This document shows positions 53,010 through 63,809 of a stretch of DNA of 64,000 nucleotides, in pieces (within the stretch, counting starts at the first letter, position 1; each line of letters begins with the position of its first letter). This DNA comes from Chlamydiales bacterium (lineage in GTDB: Bacteria > Chlamydiota > Chlamydiia > Chlamydiales > JAAZZY01), in contig CBDBKM010000011.1 of NCBI GenBank assembly GCA_965206695.1, forward strand, positions 384,001 through 448,000, given 5' to 3'. A program made the translations under genes and the position numbers. The notes below the pieces were generated by a model, which ran no database searches, was not told where the DNA came from, and saw only the letters and a list, made by a program, of their open reading frames with translations.

Positions 53010-53744
53010 ATGATTAACAAAGCAAACTGGCCCTGTACATTGAACCTTCTTCATGATGCGAAAATAGTCGCTGATGAAGTCAATCATGAAACCCTTTGTA
53101 AGCAAGAGGGAACAAACTCTAATTATACCCCCCCTTATATTAGCCACCAGCATTATTTTGGTATGCCATATGGAGGCTACCCCGGATACTTTTCCGGTTT
53201 TAGAGGAACAGAAGAATCCTCTAAAAATAACAGTTGGAGTACACCAATTGGCATAGCAGCAGCAGTTGTTTCAATGGCAACGATATATTTCATTGGTCAA
53301 GACTGGGGATCGATTAACAATGCCAATGACGATCTCGAACGATTAAAATCCCAAAAAGAGATCGCTCTTTTAGAACTTAAAGAAAAAAACGTTTCTTCTC
53401 GTACGAAGAAACAGGTGGAACGGGTAGCGGAGAAACAAGAAAAAATCTTTAAGCTTGTACGAGAAGATGCTCAGTGGGGCCTTCTGACAAAATCCGGATT
53501 ACTCAGCTCAGCGATAACAGCTGCCGGCGGAGCATTTTTACTCGCTTCATGGCCAATAACCGTTATTGGAATAACAGGTGGATTCGTAAGTTCATTAAGT
53601 GTTCTTTTCCGGGCCGGTTTCAATACGACAACCAGCCACATCAAAAAAGAAGCCGGCGATCTAGCTAGACAAGTAAGTTATTTAGAAAGTTCAAACATTC
53701 CGGATATTACCGGTTTAGAATCCTTTAAATTTGCAGTAGCTTAA
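53010..53744 (+). CDS. Hypothetical membrane protein
   Basis: Probable start MINKANWP after gagga; TM segment, coiled coil, then a long bilobed hydrophobic segment. Confidence 0.7.
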   Translation: MINKANWPCTLNLLHDAKIVADEVNHETLCKQEGTNSNYTPPYISHQHYFGMPYGGYPGYFSGFRGTEESSKNNSWSTPIGIAAAVVSMATIYFIGQDWGSINNANDDLERLKSQKEIALLELKEKNVSSRTKKQVERVAEKQEKIFKLVREDAQWGLLTKSGLLSSAITAAGGAFLLASWPITVIGITGGFVSSLSVLFRAGFNTTTSHIKKEAGDLARQVSYLESSNIPDITGLESFKFAVA

Positions 53745-54370
53745 TTCTTTATCGGAGCAAAAGAGCGCCTGTGTATCGGGCATGGGCCATGCTCTTTTAT
53801 TGCATCACAATGTTTCTTGGTTCCATAACCTTTATTTGTATCGAAAGCATATTGAGGCCATTGAATATGGTGCTCTTTCATCAATCTATCTCGCGTCTCT
53901 TTAGCAATAATAGAAGCTGTTGCAATGGATAAAGATCGCCGGTCACCTTTTATGATCTTTTTGCAGGGAACTTTATTATAATAAAGACGGAGACCGTCTA
54001 CCAATAAATATTGAGCTTTAACAGATAGATTATCTAAAGCTTCCTTCATAGCCAATTGAGTAGCCATTAAGATATTTATTTGATCAATGATATCATGTTT
54101 TACAATACCGACAGCATAGATAATTTGAGGATCATTAGTGATCTGTTCAAAAAGTGTTGCTCTTTGAACAGATGTTAACTTTTTACTGTCATCAATACCG
54201 CAGGCAAATAAATATTCTTTTGGTAGAATACAGGCTGCAGCAACGACCGGACCTGCTAATGGCCCTCTACCGGCCTCATCAATTCCGGCAACATGATCAT
54301 ACCCCTCTTCCCAAACTTGTCTTTCGAATTTTAAAAGACCTAGCTGACGAAGTCGCTCATTAGCATCCAT
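53741..54370 (-). CDS. rnhB: Ribonuclease HII
   Basis: GIDEAGRGPLAGPV, DSKKL and KGYGT motifs. Confidence 0.97.
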   Translation of the reverse strand: MDANERLRQLGLLKFERQVWEEGYDHVAGIDEAGRGPLAGPVVAAACILPKEYLFACGIDDSKKLTSVQRATLFEQITNDPQIIYAVGIVKHDIIDQINILMATQLAMKEALDNLSVKAQYLLVDGLRLYYNKVPCKKIIKGDRRSLSIATASIIAKETRDRLMKEHHIQWPQYAFDTNKGYGTKKHCDAIKEHGPCPIHRRSFAPIKN

Positions 54371-54382
54371 ACCAATTCCTTT

Positions 54383-54898
54383 TTATTCAGTAGATTCGTC
54401 AGTATTTTCGTGCTTTTTCTCCGGTTCCTTAGGTTGTTGTTCACTTTTCTGTTCTTCAGCTTGAACCGGAGCATCTTGAGCTTCAACCACATTTTCTTCT
54501 GATTTTTTCTTAGAAATTGCTTGATTAACGGTAACTCTTTTTGAAGCTCCCATTTGACCTTTAACTTTAGATTTTTTACCGGTAGTACCACGTAAATAAT
54601 ATAGTTTACCACGTCTAACAATTCCTTCACGAATCACTTCAATCTTTGATATTCTAGGACTATGGATAAGAAAAACACGTTCCATACCTGCACCATAAGC
54701 TACACGGTGTATTGAAACCGTCTCAGAAACGCCGCAGCCTTTTCTGGCAATAACGGTCCCGGTAAATATTTGAGTACGTTCCTTTTCTCCTTCGATAATA
54801 CGAGTATGTAAACGTACGGTATCTCCCACACGAAACTCCGGAATATCTCTTTTCATCTGCTCTTTTTCGAGTTCCTCAATGACAGCGCACTTGCTCAT
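54383..54898 (-). CDS. rplS: 50S ribosomal protein L19
   Basis: PEFRVGDTV and VRRGKLYYLR motifs; charged C-terminal extension. Confidence 0.97.
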   Translation of the reverse strand: MSKCAVIEELEKEQMKRDIPEFRVGDTVRLHTRIIEGEKERTQIFTGTVIARKGCGVSETVSIHRVAYGAGMERVFLIHSPRISKIEVIREGIVRRGKLYYLRGTTGKKSKVKGQMGASKRVTVNQAISKKKSEENVVEAQDAPVQAEEQKSEQQPKEPEKKHENTDESTE

Positions 54899-55626
54899 TT
54901 CTTTTTCTCCTCATTAACTTGTAAAACCTCACCGTTAAGGTGATTGCAATGCTTAAATTTTTCTATTAAATCCGGACGGTTCATTTGAGTTTTTTCTAAG
55001 GCTTTTTCAAAACGCCATTTGGCAATATGTCCATGGTTACCATTCAATAACACTTTGGGAACCTCCTTGCCTTCAAATACTTCAGGCCTAGTATAGTGAG
55101 GGCAATCCAATATTCCATTTTGAAACGAATCTTGCTTAACACTTGCCTTATGCCCCAATACACCCGGGATATAACGGACCAGCACATCAACTAATACAAT
55201 CGATGCGATGCAACCGTTTGTTAATACATAATCTCCAATACTAATTTCCTCATCAATATATTGTTGGATGATTCTCTCATCTATCCCCTCGTAATGCCCA
55301 CACAATAATATCAAATGGGAGTCGCCGGCTAGCTTCTCCGCTTTGTCAGGAGTCAATCTAGATCCTTGAGGAGATAGTAAGATAACCTTTGAATGATCAC
55401 TTCGAAGGGCTAATATTGATTTGGCAATAGGTTCTGCTAACAAAACCATGCCGGGGCCTCCTCCATATGGACGATCATCTACTTGCTTATGCTTTCCATG
55501 CGCATAATCTCTAATGTCATGTAACTCTATTTCAAGTAATCCTTTTTCCCGGGCTCTTTTGATGATACTCTCATCAAAAGGACCACGAAAATATCCGGGG
55601 AATAAACTTAAAATATCGATTCGCAT
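54895..55626 (-). CDS. trmD: tRNA (guanine-N1)-methyltransferase
   Basis: VDDRPYGGGPGM, CGHYEGIDER and SIGDYVL motifs. Confidence 0.97.
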   Translation of the reverse strand: MRIDILSLFPGYFRGPFDESIIKRAREKGLLEIELHDIRDYAHGKHKQVDDRPYGGGPGMVLLAEPIAKSILALRSDHSKVILLSPQGSRLTPDKAEKLAGDSHLILLCGHYEGIDERIIQQYIDEEISIGDYVLTNGCIASIVLVDVLVRYIPGVLGHKASVKQDSFQNGILDCPHYTRPEVFEGKEVPKVLLNGNHGHIAKWRFEKALEKTQMNRPDLIEKFKHCNHLNGEVLQVNEEKKK

Positions 55627-55631
55627 AAGAT

Positions 55632-55958
55632 TTAAGCAACTTTCTCTGCTTTTTTCTTAGCGCGCTTTGCTAATTCTCTATCAAGCCTCTCTTTATAAAA
55701 GCCTTTGATGAAAGCAGGATTTACACGTTTGACTAAAGTTTCCAATTTTGGTGTCATTTGGGCACCATGCTTTAACCAATGTTCTAATCGATCCATTTTA
55801 ACTTCAATATTCGATTCAGTACCCGGTTGAAAAGGGTTATACCAACCTAACATTTCAACATATTTCCCATCTCTGGGATATCGACTATCAGCTACAACCA
55901 ACCGATAAAATGTACGGTTTTTCCGTCCCTGTGCTCTCAATCTGATCTTTAACGCCAT
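55632..55958 (-). CDS. rpsP: 30S ribosomal protein S16
   Basis: LKIRL..YRLVVADSR.PRDG motif. Confidence 0.97.
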   Translation of the reverse strand: MALKIRLRAQGRKNRTFYRLVVADSRYPRDGKYVEMLGWYNPFQPGTESNIEVKMDRLEHWLKHGAQMTPKLETLVKRVNPAFIKGFYKERLDRELAKRAKKKAEKVA

Positions 55959-57277
55959 GAAAATCCTCCCATAAGCTTTTCTAAATTCTTCTTATTCGAC
56001 ATCTGTTTTATAAATTGCTTTGTCCGTTTAAATGTTTTCACTAGCTTATTAACATCCTCTAATGAAGTTCCACTACCTCGAGCAATTCGCTTTCTTCGAC
56101 CTACTATTAATTCTACTTTTTCTTGTCTTTCTGCTTTAGTCATAGAGAGAATCATCGATTCAATTCTGAACAACTGCTTATCAGATAGATCTAAATCTTT
56201 TAATTGTGCTCCACCGGGAAGCATTTTTAACAACCCTTTTAAAGAACCCATTTTTTTTACAACTTGCATCTGTTTAAGATAATCTTCGTACGTAAGAGAT
56301 GCTTTACGCATCTTCTTTTCGAGTACCTTAGCCTCTTTTTCATCAATAAACTCTTTAGCTTTATTGACTAGGTTAATGGTATCACCCATTCCCAAAATAC
56401 GATCTGCCATCGATTGAGGATAAAAATACCGGAGATCTTCCAGCTTTTCACCAATCCCTTCAAATTTTAGCGGCTTGCCTGTAATTTCACGAATAGAAAT
56501 GGCAGCACCTCCGCGGGTATTACCATCAAGCATGGTCAATACGGTCCCTGTAATTTCTATTTGCTTATTAAATGCAGCAGCAACTGAAGGAGCATCTTGA
56601 CCGGTAGATGCATTGGCAACAAATAGAGTTTCGGATGGACTAACCTCTTTTTTGATAGCCTGTAACTCATGCATGAGTTCTTGATCAATATGTAGACGGC
56701 CTGCCGTATCAAAAATAACGGTGTCGATATTCATAGAAGCAGCTTCTTTTAAGGCTTTTTTAGCAACCGTAACAGGTTTTTTTTCACCTTCGATGAAAAA
56801 AACAGGAACATCTGCTTGTTTTCCCAATAATTTCAACTGCTCTACAGCAGCAGGCCTTTGTAAGTCACAAGCTACAAGCATGAGTTTTTTTTTATAATCG
56901 TCCTTTTTAAGAAAATAAGCTAACTTAGCGCAAAACGTTGTCTTACCGGATCCTTGCAAACCACAAACCATAAACACTGCCGGCCTACCGGAAAAAACTA
57001 ACGCTGTACCCTCCCCTCCCATCAATTGAACTAATTCATCGTGAACAACTTTGATAAATTGTTGAGAAGGAGATACCGATTTGATAACTTGCTCCCCTAA
57101 GGCTTTTTCTTTAACTTTCTTAATAAAAGACTTTGTAACAGTATAATTTACATCTGCATCTAACAGAGCTAAGCGAACCTCTCTGACAGCATCTGATATA
57201 TTATCATCTGTCAACTTGCGTTTTCCTGCTAAAGTAGAAAAAACGTTTTGTAATTTATCTGTTAATGATCCAAACAT
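55949..57277 (-). CDS. ffh: Signal recognition particle protein
   Basis: GLQGSGKTT, DTAGR and an M-domain RRKRIARGSG. Confidence 0.97.
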   Translation of the reverse strand: MFGSLTDKLQNVFSTLAGKRKLTDDNISDAVREVRLALLDADVNYTVTKSFIKKVKEKALGEQVIKSVSPSQQFIKVVHDELVQLMGGEGTALVFSGRPAVFMVCGLQGSGKTTFCAKLAYFLKKDDYKKKLMLVACDLQRPAAVEQLKLLGKQADVPVFFIEGEKKPVTVAKKALKEAASMNIDTVIFDTAGRLHIDQELMHELQAIKKEVSPSETLFVANASTGQDAPSVAAAFNKQIEITGTVLTMLDGNTRGGAAISIREITGKPLKFEGIGEKLEDLRYFYPQSMADRILGMGDTINLVNKAKEFIDEKEAKVLEKKMRKASLTYEDYLKQMQVVKKMGSLKGLLKMLPGGAQLKDLDLSDKQLFRIESMILSMTKAERQEKVELIVGRRKRIARGSGTSLEDVNKLVKTFKRTKQFIKQMSNKKNLEKLMGGFSWR

Positions 57278-57331
57278 TTATAAAAAAAATTGCAATTTCC
57301 CTTAATTTGAAAAAACAGGTTACTTAAACAA

Positions 57332-58180
57332 CTATTCGATTTCAAGGAAAAAGAGCCTATCCAATCCCGCCCAATCCTTTTCAAAATTAAATTTTTTATA
57401 ACCTTGTTTCGAAAAAATATTTGTAATAGCTGATTTTTGATTATATCCTATCTCCAAGTAACATTTTCCATTGGGATTCAAATAATCCCTTAACCCGTCA
57501 GCAAAACGTTCATAGCATTCTAAGCCTTGATTAGAAGCAACTAAAGCAAGTTTAGGTTCATATAGTTTGACTTCATTTTCTAAATTCACGTACTCATCCT
57601 CAGAAATATAAGGAGGATTGCAAATGATGAAATCAGCCTTCAATCTCTTAAAAGGTTGAAATAAATCACCTTGAATCAAGGTGACTTTTGTTTGATTTTG
57701 ATCCGCATTTATTTTAGCTACTTTTAAAGCTTTTTCGCTAATATCTGATAAATAAACTTTCAATTCAGGAAATTGCTTTTTTAAAGCAATTCCAATACAG
57801 CCCGATCCTGTACAGATGTCATATAAAATTTTTCCTTTTAGATCGCTCCCTTTTAGAGATTGTACAATTTTATCAACAATAATTTCAGTCTCTTGACGAG
57901 GGATTAATACATCAGGCGTAAGAGCGATAGTACATCCATAAAAAGAGATCTCTTTATGGATATAAGATAAAGGCTCATTTGCTCCACGCCTTTTTAAATG
58001 ATCACGGATGATTTCCAATTCTCTTTCAATTACAGGCCTCTCAAATGACATGTATAAATCAATGCGATTCATCCCTAAGCAATGAGCAATAATTTCACCC
58101 GCTTCCTTGCGAGCATTGTCAATAGATTTTTCTGCCAGGTATTTGTAAGATAAAGATAATATTTCTGATACTGTTCGCAT
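57332..58180 (-). CDS. prmC: Release factor glutamine methyltransferase
   Basis: VLIPRQETE, DICTGSG and NPPY motifs. Confidence 0.96.
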   Translation of the reverse strand: MRTVSEILSLSYKYLAEKSIDNARKEAGEIIAHCLGMNRIDLYMSFERPVIERELEIIRDHLKRRGANEPLSYIHKEISFYGCTIALTPDVLIPRQETEIIVDKIVQSLKGSDLKGKILYDICTGSGCIGIALKKQFPELKVYLSDISEKALKVAKINADQNQTKVTLIQGDLFQPFKRLKADFIICNPPYISEDEYVNLENEVKLYEPKLALVASNQGLECYERFADGLRDYLNPNGKCYLEIGYNQKSAITNIFSKQGYKKFNFEKDWAGLDRLFFLEIE

Positions 58181-58186
58181 AAGAGA

Positions 58187-59251
58187 TTAATCGGCTAGTT
58201 TTTTTTGATGATAATGGGAGACTACGGCAGTTATAAGCCCTTCTAAATCTCCATTCATTATTTTATCAAGGCTATATAAAGTTACATTAATGCGATGATC
58301 GGTAACACGATTTTGAGAAAAATTATATGTTCTAATTCTTTCAGAGCGATCTCCCGACCCTACTTGTTGAGAGCGCAAACCGATAATTTCCTTCTCTTTT
58401 TTTATTCTTTCATGATCTGCAATTTTAGCATGTAAAAGCCTTAAAGCTTTTTCTTTATTCTTATGTTGGCTTTTTTCCTGCATGCAATAAGAAACAAGCC
58501 CTGTTGGTACGTGAGTAATGCGTACAGCTGAATCCGTAGTATTGATATGCTGTCCTCCCGCTCCGGACGCCCTATAGGTATCAATGCGCAAATCTTTGTC
58601 ATTCAATACAATTTCTTCTTCTTCATCCGGCTCCATTAAAACAGCTATCGTAATGGCTGAGGTGTGTACCCTTCCTTGTGATTCTGTAGTAGGTACTCTC
58701 TGTACACGATGCGTCCCACCTTCATGCTTCATATAACGGTAGACATTCGGACCGGATAAAACCATCACGTATTCTTTATAACCTCCAACTTCGGCAGAGG
58801 TACAAGAAAGTAACTCGTAACGCCAGCCTACAGCATCAGCATAACACTTATACATGCGAACACAATCACCGACAAAAAGAGCCGCTTCATCACCACCGGT
58901 GCCGGCTCTAAGTTCCATTATCGTATTTCTATGATCATTGGGATCAGGAGGAATCAGAAGGTTTTCTAATTTTTTTTCTAAAACAGGCGTTTTCTCTTCT
59001 AGAGAGGCTATATCATCCAGCAACATCTTTTTTAGATCTTCATCCTGATCCTCTTTGAGAAGATCACGATTATCCTTTAACTGATTTGTTAAATCCAAAA
59101 GAGATTCCCAAACCTCTCTTACCTGTGATATATAAGCATGCTCTTGTGTAAGAAAACGAAATTGCTTTTGATCGTTAATCGCTTCCGGCTTACCTAACTC
59201 ATTTTCTACTTCAACCAAACGCTGTAGTAATTTAGCAATTTTATCTTTCAT
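58187..59251 (-). CDS. prfA: Peptide chain release factor 1
   Basis: RVQRVPTTE (PxT) and GAGGQH motifs. Confidence 0.97.
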   Translation of the reverse strand: MKDKIAKLLQRLVEVENELGKPEAINDQKQFRFLTQEHAYISQVREVWESLLDLTNQLKDNRDLLKEDQDEDLKKMLLDDIASLEEKTPVLEKKLENLLIPPDPNDHRNTIMELRAGTGGDEAALFVGDCVRMYKCYADAVGWRYELLSCTSAEVGGYKEYVMVLSGPNVYRYMKHEGGTHRVQRVPTTESQGRVHTSAITIAVLMEPDEEEEIVLNDKDLRIDTYRASGAGGQHINTTDSAVRITHVPTGLVSYCMQEKSQHKNKEKALRLLHAKIADHERIKKEKEIIGLRSQQVGSGDRSERIRTYNFSQNRVTDHRINVTLYSLDKIMNGDLEGLITAVVSHYHQKKLAD

Positions 59252-59299
59252 TAAATATCCTTCAAGATACCAAATTCCATCAGAAGCAAACCTCTAGGA

Positions 59300-59578
59300 T
59301 TATTTATTAGATTTTTCTTCTGTGTCAGCTTTCTTACTCGTTGTGCCATAACGTTTATTAAATTTATCAACTCTGCCTTCAGTATCAATAAATTGTTGGC
59401 TTCCGGTAAAGAAGGGATGCGACGCACTTGAAACTGAAATATGACAAACAGGATATTCCCGGCCTTCATATTGTTCCACCGCTTCAGTCTCCAAAGTAGA
59501 ACTAACTAAAAATTTAGATCCTGTAGAGGAATCAACAAAAAGAACTTTTCTATAATTAGGATGAGTATCTTTCTTCAT
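59300..59578 (-). CDS. rpmE2: 50S ribosomal protein L31 type B
   Basis: [19 protein letters not shown] and GRVDKF motifs; no zinc-ribbon cysteines. Confidence 0.93.
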   Translation of the reverse strand: MKKDTHPNYRKVLFVDSSTGSKFLVSSTLETEAVEQYEGREYPVCHISVSSASHPFFTGSQQFIDTEGRVDKFNKRYGTTSKKADTEEKSNK

Positions 59579-59647
59579 TCTATTTTCTCCATATCATGAG
59601 CAAGTATTTTGATCTCTTTAGTCATTAAAAGCAAGTTTTTAATATCT

Positions 59648-59766
59648 TAATTTGATAATGCAGCCTTTTTGACAGCTTCAACGACTTTTTTCTTCAAAAG
59701 GAGAGCGTAGTATACAATCGGACTCCCCGGCATCAATGGATTCCGCTAGAGCTTTAACTACAGCAT
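59648..59766 (-). pseudogene. Possible malic-enzyme C-terminal fragment
   Basis: AVVKALAESI...ILRSPF then, after a frameshift, KKVVEAVKKAALSN*; resemblance only. Confidence 0.3.
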
Positions 59767-59773
59767 ATTTTAT

Positions 59774-59824
59774 AACAATTAAGTAAGAAAACTCTTTGCT
59801 TTAGCACCGGGATGAAAGCGTCTA
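59774..59824 (+). mobile_element. Solo IS200/IS605-type left end
   Basis: TTAT|aacaattaagtaagaaaactctttgctttagcaccgggatgaaagcgtcta matches the left ends at 33697 and 63525. Confidence 0.65.
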
Positions 59825-60010
59825 TTGATTTTCTTGCTTAATTTTCATAAACCTTCTAGGATGTTAATTGTAATTTTACCTTTTACTTTTACTCAGTCCT
59901 TATTTTATCCCTTTATTCATTCTTAATTTTAAGATAGAAAAATAGTATGTAATGGCATATGCTAATATTACATGGTTTAGAAAAATAGAATGTTAGAATA
60001 AATAAAATAT

Positions 60011-60925
60011 ATGAACTTTTCTTTTCAACAACGAACAGGCTTTCCTAAAACACCCAAGTTACTAAAAAGACTTTTATTATCCATAGGTCTTTTTAGCATA
60101 GGCTCCATCATTGCAGATTCTTTCCTAAGTCATTTTACACATATGTTTTTATTTAAATCTTTATTTACCTTATCCCCTGCAGGGATAATGAAAGGATTTT
60201 TTTGGCAACCGATTACCTATCTTTTTCTTTTACCTATTGACCAAGGGATAACGTTTGCTTTTATAATCAATTTATTTTTTACCCTTTATTTTCTTTGGGT
60301 TGTTGGCACAAAGATTTATAACTCGCTAGGTAAAAGCTCTTTTATCACTCTCTTTATTATAAGTGGTATCTTATCAGCGATTTGCGCCGTAGTATTGGCA
60401 TGTTTTTTTTCAATTCCCGGTTATATATCCGGTTGTGGTGCCGTTATGTTAGCTTTTCTTGTCATTTGGTGTATGCTTACTCCTGAACAAGAAATTATGT
60501 TATTTATGATGTTGCCAATTAAGATTAAGTGGTTGGCTGTCATTGCTGTTGGTATTTGTTTAATGCAACAAATATTAGCCTTTGATTGGTTTTCTCTTAC
60601 TCTATATCTCTCTGCCATTGTGCTAACATATATTTATGCTACTTGTGCACACGCGCTCTCTACTCCTTTTAAAGCCACACAATTCATTGATAAGAATCTC
60701 GCTCAGTTTGGAGCTGTCTTAAAGAAAAAATTTTATAAAGTTAATAATATTAGTACCAAAAACAAAATCTTTGATTTCAAAACAGGAGAAGCCGTATTAA
60801 ATGATGAGGATTTCATTAATGCTATGCTTGATAAAATCTCTCAATACGGTGATAAATCTTTATCATTTAGAGAAAAAAGACGCCTTCGTAAAATATCAAA
60901 AACCAAGCGATACGACTCTCATTGA
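60011..60925 (+). CDS. Rhomboid-family membrane protein
   Basis: FWQPITYLF, several TM segments and a C-terminal LDKISQYG..SLS..EK domain; catalytic Ser/His not evident. Confidence 0.8.
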   Translation: MNFSFQQRTGFPKTPKLLKRLLLSIGLFSIGSIIADSFLSHFTHMFLFKSLFTLSPAGIMKGFFWQPITYLFLLPIDQGITFAFIINLFFTLYFLWVVGTKIYNSLGKSSFITLFIISGILSAICAVVLACFFSIPGYISGCGAVMLAFLVIWCMLTPEQEIMLFMMLPIKIKWLAVIAVGICLMQQILAFDWFSLTLYLSAIVLTYIYATCAHALSTPFKATQFIDKNLAQFGAVLKKKFYKVNNISTKNKIFDFKTGEAVLNDEDFINAMLDKISQYGDKSLSFREKRRLRKISKTKRYDSH

Positions 60926-61140
60926 CAGCTCCCAACCTAAAAGGGAACGGATTCCTCATTCACAGACCACGGCTAACAAAAGAGTTAATCTAACATGATC
61001 TCCAAAGGCTTACATTACCGACTGCCCTTCGGTATATACTGCTCGTAGCTGAATCAGAGAAATTTTGTTGAAAAATTAATTAGTGACTGAGTAACCTTAC
61101 TTCTTTAAATTTTGATCTACATCATAAATGCACCTTTCAC

Positions 61141-62908
61141 CCGACATTCCTAGACCTCTAAACAAGTTTTTCTAATTAAGCCATACATCCTCATTGCAGT
61201 CTTTCCAAACAAAACAATAATCTTTTTCCGAAGACGGGTTAAATTTGTGATCATTTCTTTACAAATTCTCCGGGAAGTCTTCTGAAAAAAACGGATTATT
61301 CCGATACCTTCCATAATTTGGAAAATCCATCTTAATGTTGGATTTTTGACTTCCTTTCCTAATTGGTTGGGTAATGTCTCTTCTGTTTCTATCAATTTTT
61401 GTCGAAGTTGATATTGTCCGATATTATAAACCATTAAACACAATGTCATAACCATCATTAATGCTTCAATGCGTCGAGGGGTTTTTAAAAAAATAGAATC
61501 AACCATAAACCAAGGATCTTTTAAAAAGCGAAACCCTCCTTCAACCTTTTGCTGTTCTTTATATTCTTCTAACATCATCTCATCTTTATAATTTTCTCTA
61601 TCGGTGTCATTCGTAGCTAAAATAAACCGTCCTTTTCTATTCATCAGTTTATTAATTTCTTCTTCTTCCCTTTCAAAGCTAGCATGAATCTTGTATCCAA
61701 CAACTTGTTTTTCCTCTCCTTGTTTAGGTTTGCCTAATTTACCATATTTTAGAATCGGCAATATCTCACTATTCATGGAATATAAATGATTTTTTTTAGT
61801 CAATCTGCCCCAAGCTTTTTTAGCATCACTTTCGCATTTAAATTCCTCATTACCCAAATGCCAAAGTTGTTTCTTGAGCTTTTCTTCTGCCTTGGTCAAT
61901 TTTTTTTCTAATGATTTTATCTCTCTCTGATAGGCTTGCTCTGAAAAAACCAAAAGCCATCTTTGTTTAATCCCTCCATAAAAAGAGGTGAAGCTGCATG
62001 TTTTATATCCTTTCTCCTGATCAATCCAATCAATTTCTTCTTCCGGTTTTTCTACTAATCTTTTTGCTTCTCCTATTATCTCGGGAACTCGGGTGAGCCA
62101 TTTATAATCATTATTTTTTAAGAGCTTTTCTTTTGTGTATAACGCTGAATCGGCAACCCACTTAAACTTTGTTTTTACATCAATCTGTTGTTGAAATTCA
62201 CTGATTTTTTTGATCGTCTCATGAAAACTTGCTTTATCAGAACTATTGCCGTCTAAGGCTTCCATCCATAGAGGCATAGAACTCGGACCATTGGTAACGA
62301 GAGAAAGTACAACTTGTTTCAAATCAGGTCTATGATCTTTAGAATAACCCTGCTTAATCTCAATCACTTGCGGATCATCTTTCACTTCATACGACCCATG
62401 AACGGAAAAGCTTGTTGTATCTAGATGATGCGTTTTTTGTAGTAAATCATGGTCTAGGGCTATTCCAAAAGAAACTTCAGCAAATAATTTACTGCTCCCA
62501 TATTTCGCAATATCATCCAAAGCATGACCTAAAGTATAATCTGTGAGATCTTCTGCTCGAAGATTGTTGCCAAGTAAATTCTCTATCGATTTAGAAGCAA
62601 AAAATTGATGTGTTAGGTAGAGACGTCTATTAGTAAACCCTAATCCATTCAGAATCATTGCAATTACTGCCTGTCCCGCACTTACTTTTCTTTGTGGATG
62701 ATTTTTTAATCCGGTATCAATCCTTTCCGCTACCTTTAGATCGCTGCAAAGTGCTGCAATTAATCCATGGTGATCCATGTTCACTGTTTGAATATTATCT
62801 CCTGCAACTTCCGGCATAACTTTTCTCCTTGTATCAAATAAAAAGTAACAGGATAGGCAATCTATAATTCTAATTCAAAAAAAATATCTTACGGTCTAGG
62901 AATGTCGG
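61141..62908 (-). mobile_element. IS1634-family element, intact 555-aa transposase 61150..62817
   Basis: TIR ccgacattcctagacc; 6-bp TSD tttcac; HLDTTS, GYSKDHRPDLKQ, VADSALY and VEGGFRFLK motifs. Confidence 0.95.
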
Positions 62909-62962
62909 TTTCACCAAAAGAAAAATCTAACCTTGAGAATCATGCAAGAAAAACTCGTAATA

Positions 62963-63035
62963 TATAGTGAATTAAATTTGATTTTTCTTTTCTAACTAAT
63001 GGATGTTTATGAAAAATAAAATTTAATTCACTATA
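62963..63035. mobile_element. 73-bp IS630-type MITE
   Basis: 17-bp perfect IR tatagtgaattaaattt / aaatttaattcactata, similar to the IS630b ends. Confidence 0.7.
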
Positions 63036-63539
63036 ACATCATCTATTCAGTATCCGGAATAACCTCTTGGCTCAAAGATCATGCGTTTACCTACAAAGAG
63101 CCATTGAAAGTTCCGGGAGAGTTAGATCCACAAAGGCAACAAGATTTTATAGAGTCATACATGAGCTTGAAAGCTGAATTAGGAAAAGGCGGGAAAATGT
63201 ATTTTTTGGATGCTCTGCATCCTGAATTCCGGTCTCAAGCCGTATCCGGCCGGATAAAGAAGGGAGAGATACAAACGCTCCCGACTACGAACAAACAATT
63301 TAGAATGCATTTTGTAGGAGCTTTATCGCTTGCTAAGATGGAAAAATGAAAGAGCAATTAGGTCAAAGAATTAACGATAATTTTCAAAAAATTATTATTA
63401 ATCATATTCATTGTCCTTCAAGATGAATTCTCCGATTCAGCTGCGAGCAGTATATACCAAGTCAAAAAAACAAGTAGACGCTCTCATCCCAATGCTAAAA
63501 CAAAGGGTTTTCTCGCTTAATTGTCATAACTATCTTAAT

Positions 63540-63794
63540 CTATTTTGTATCTGCCCCTTCATTTATATAAGCAAACCAAGCCATTTGAACGGTTTGTACT
63601 CCTTCTAAAACTCCTTCTTCATAGCGAAACAGCGGGTTATTTTCAAGTTCAGGATAATCATTGGGTTGTAATATGTCTTCTGTTGTTAAATTAGGGATAA
63701 TATAACGCCCCATTTTTAAGAGCTTATCCTTTTGTCCTTCTACAATTTCATTAAGCAGGACTTTCATTTCTGTCATCAAAGTATCATCTAACAT
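63540..63794 (-). CDS. Hypothetical protein
   Basis: 84-aa ORF with globular-looking PNLTTEDILQPNDYPELENNPLFRYEEG; follows tadA. Confidence 0.75.
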   Translation of the reverse strand: MLDDTLMTEMKVLLNEIVEGQKDKLLKMGRYIIPNLTTEDILQPNDYPELENNPLFRYEEGVLEGVQTVQMAWFAYINEGADTK

Positions 63795-63809
63795 ATAGCT
63801 AACCTTAAC

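Larger units (their letters stand above)
61037..63452 (+). mobile_element. Degenerate IS630-family element type d
   Basis: TIR tactgctcgtagctgaatcagagaa / ttctccgattcagctgcgagcagta, TA TSD; fragment YFLDALHP. Confidence 0.85.
60922..63525 (-). mobile_element. Non-autonomous IS200/IS605-type element (~190 bp when empty) carrying nested insertions
   Basis: Right end/omegaRNA at 60922-61034, left end at 63455-63525 followed on + by ataa (TTAT on minus). Confidence 0.78.

Noticed and set aside
8276..60921. Predicted omegaRNA guides targeting other loci in the window
   Set aside because: I saw no second match for the flanks by eye; this was not an exhaustive search.
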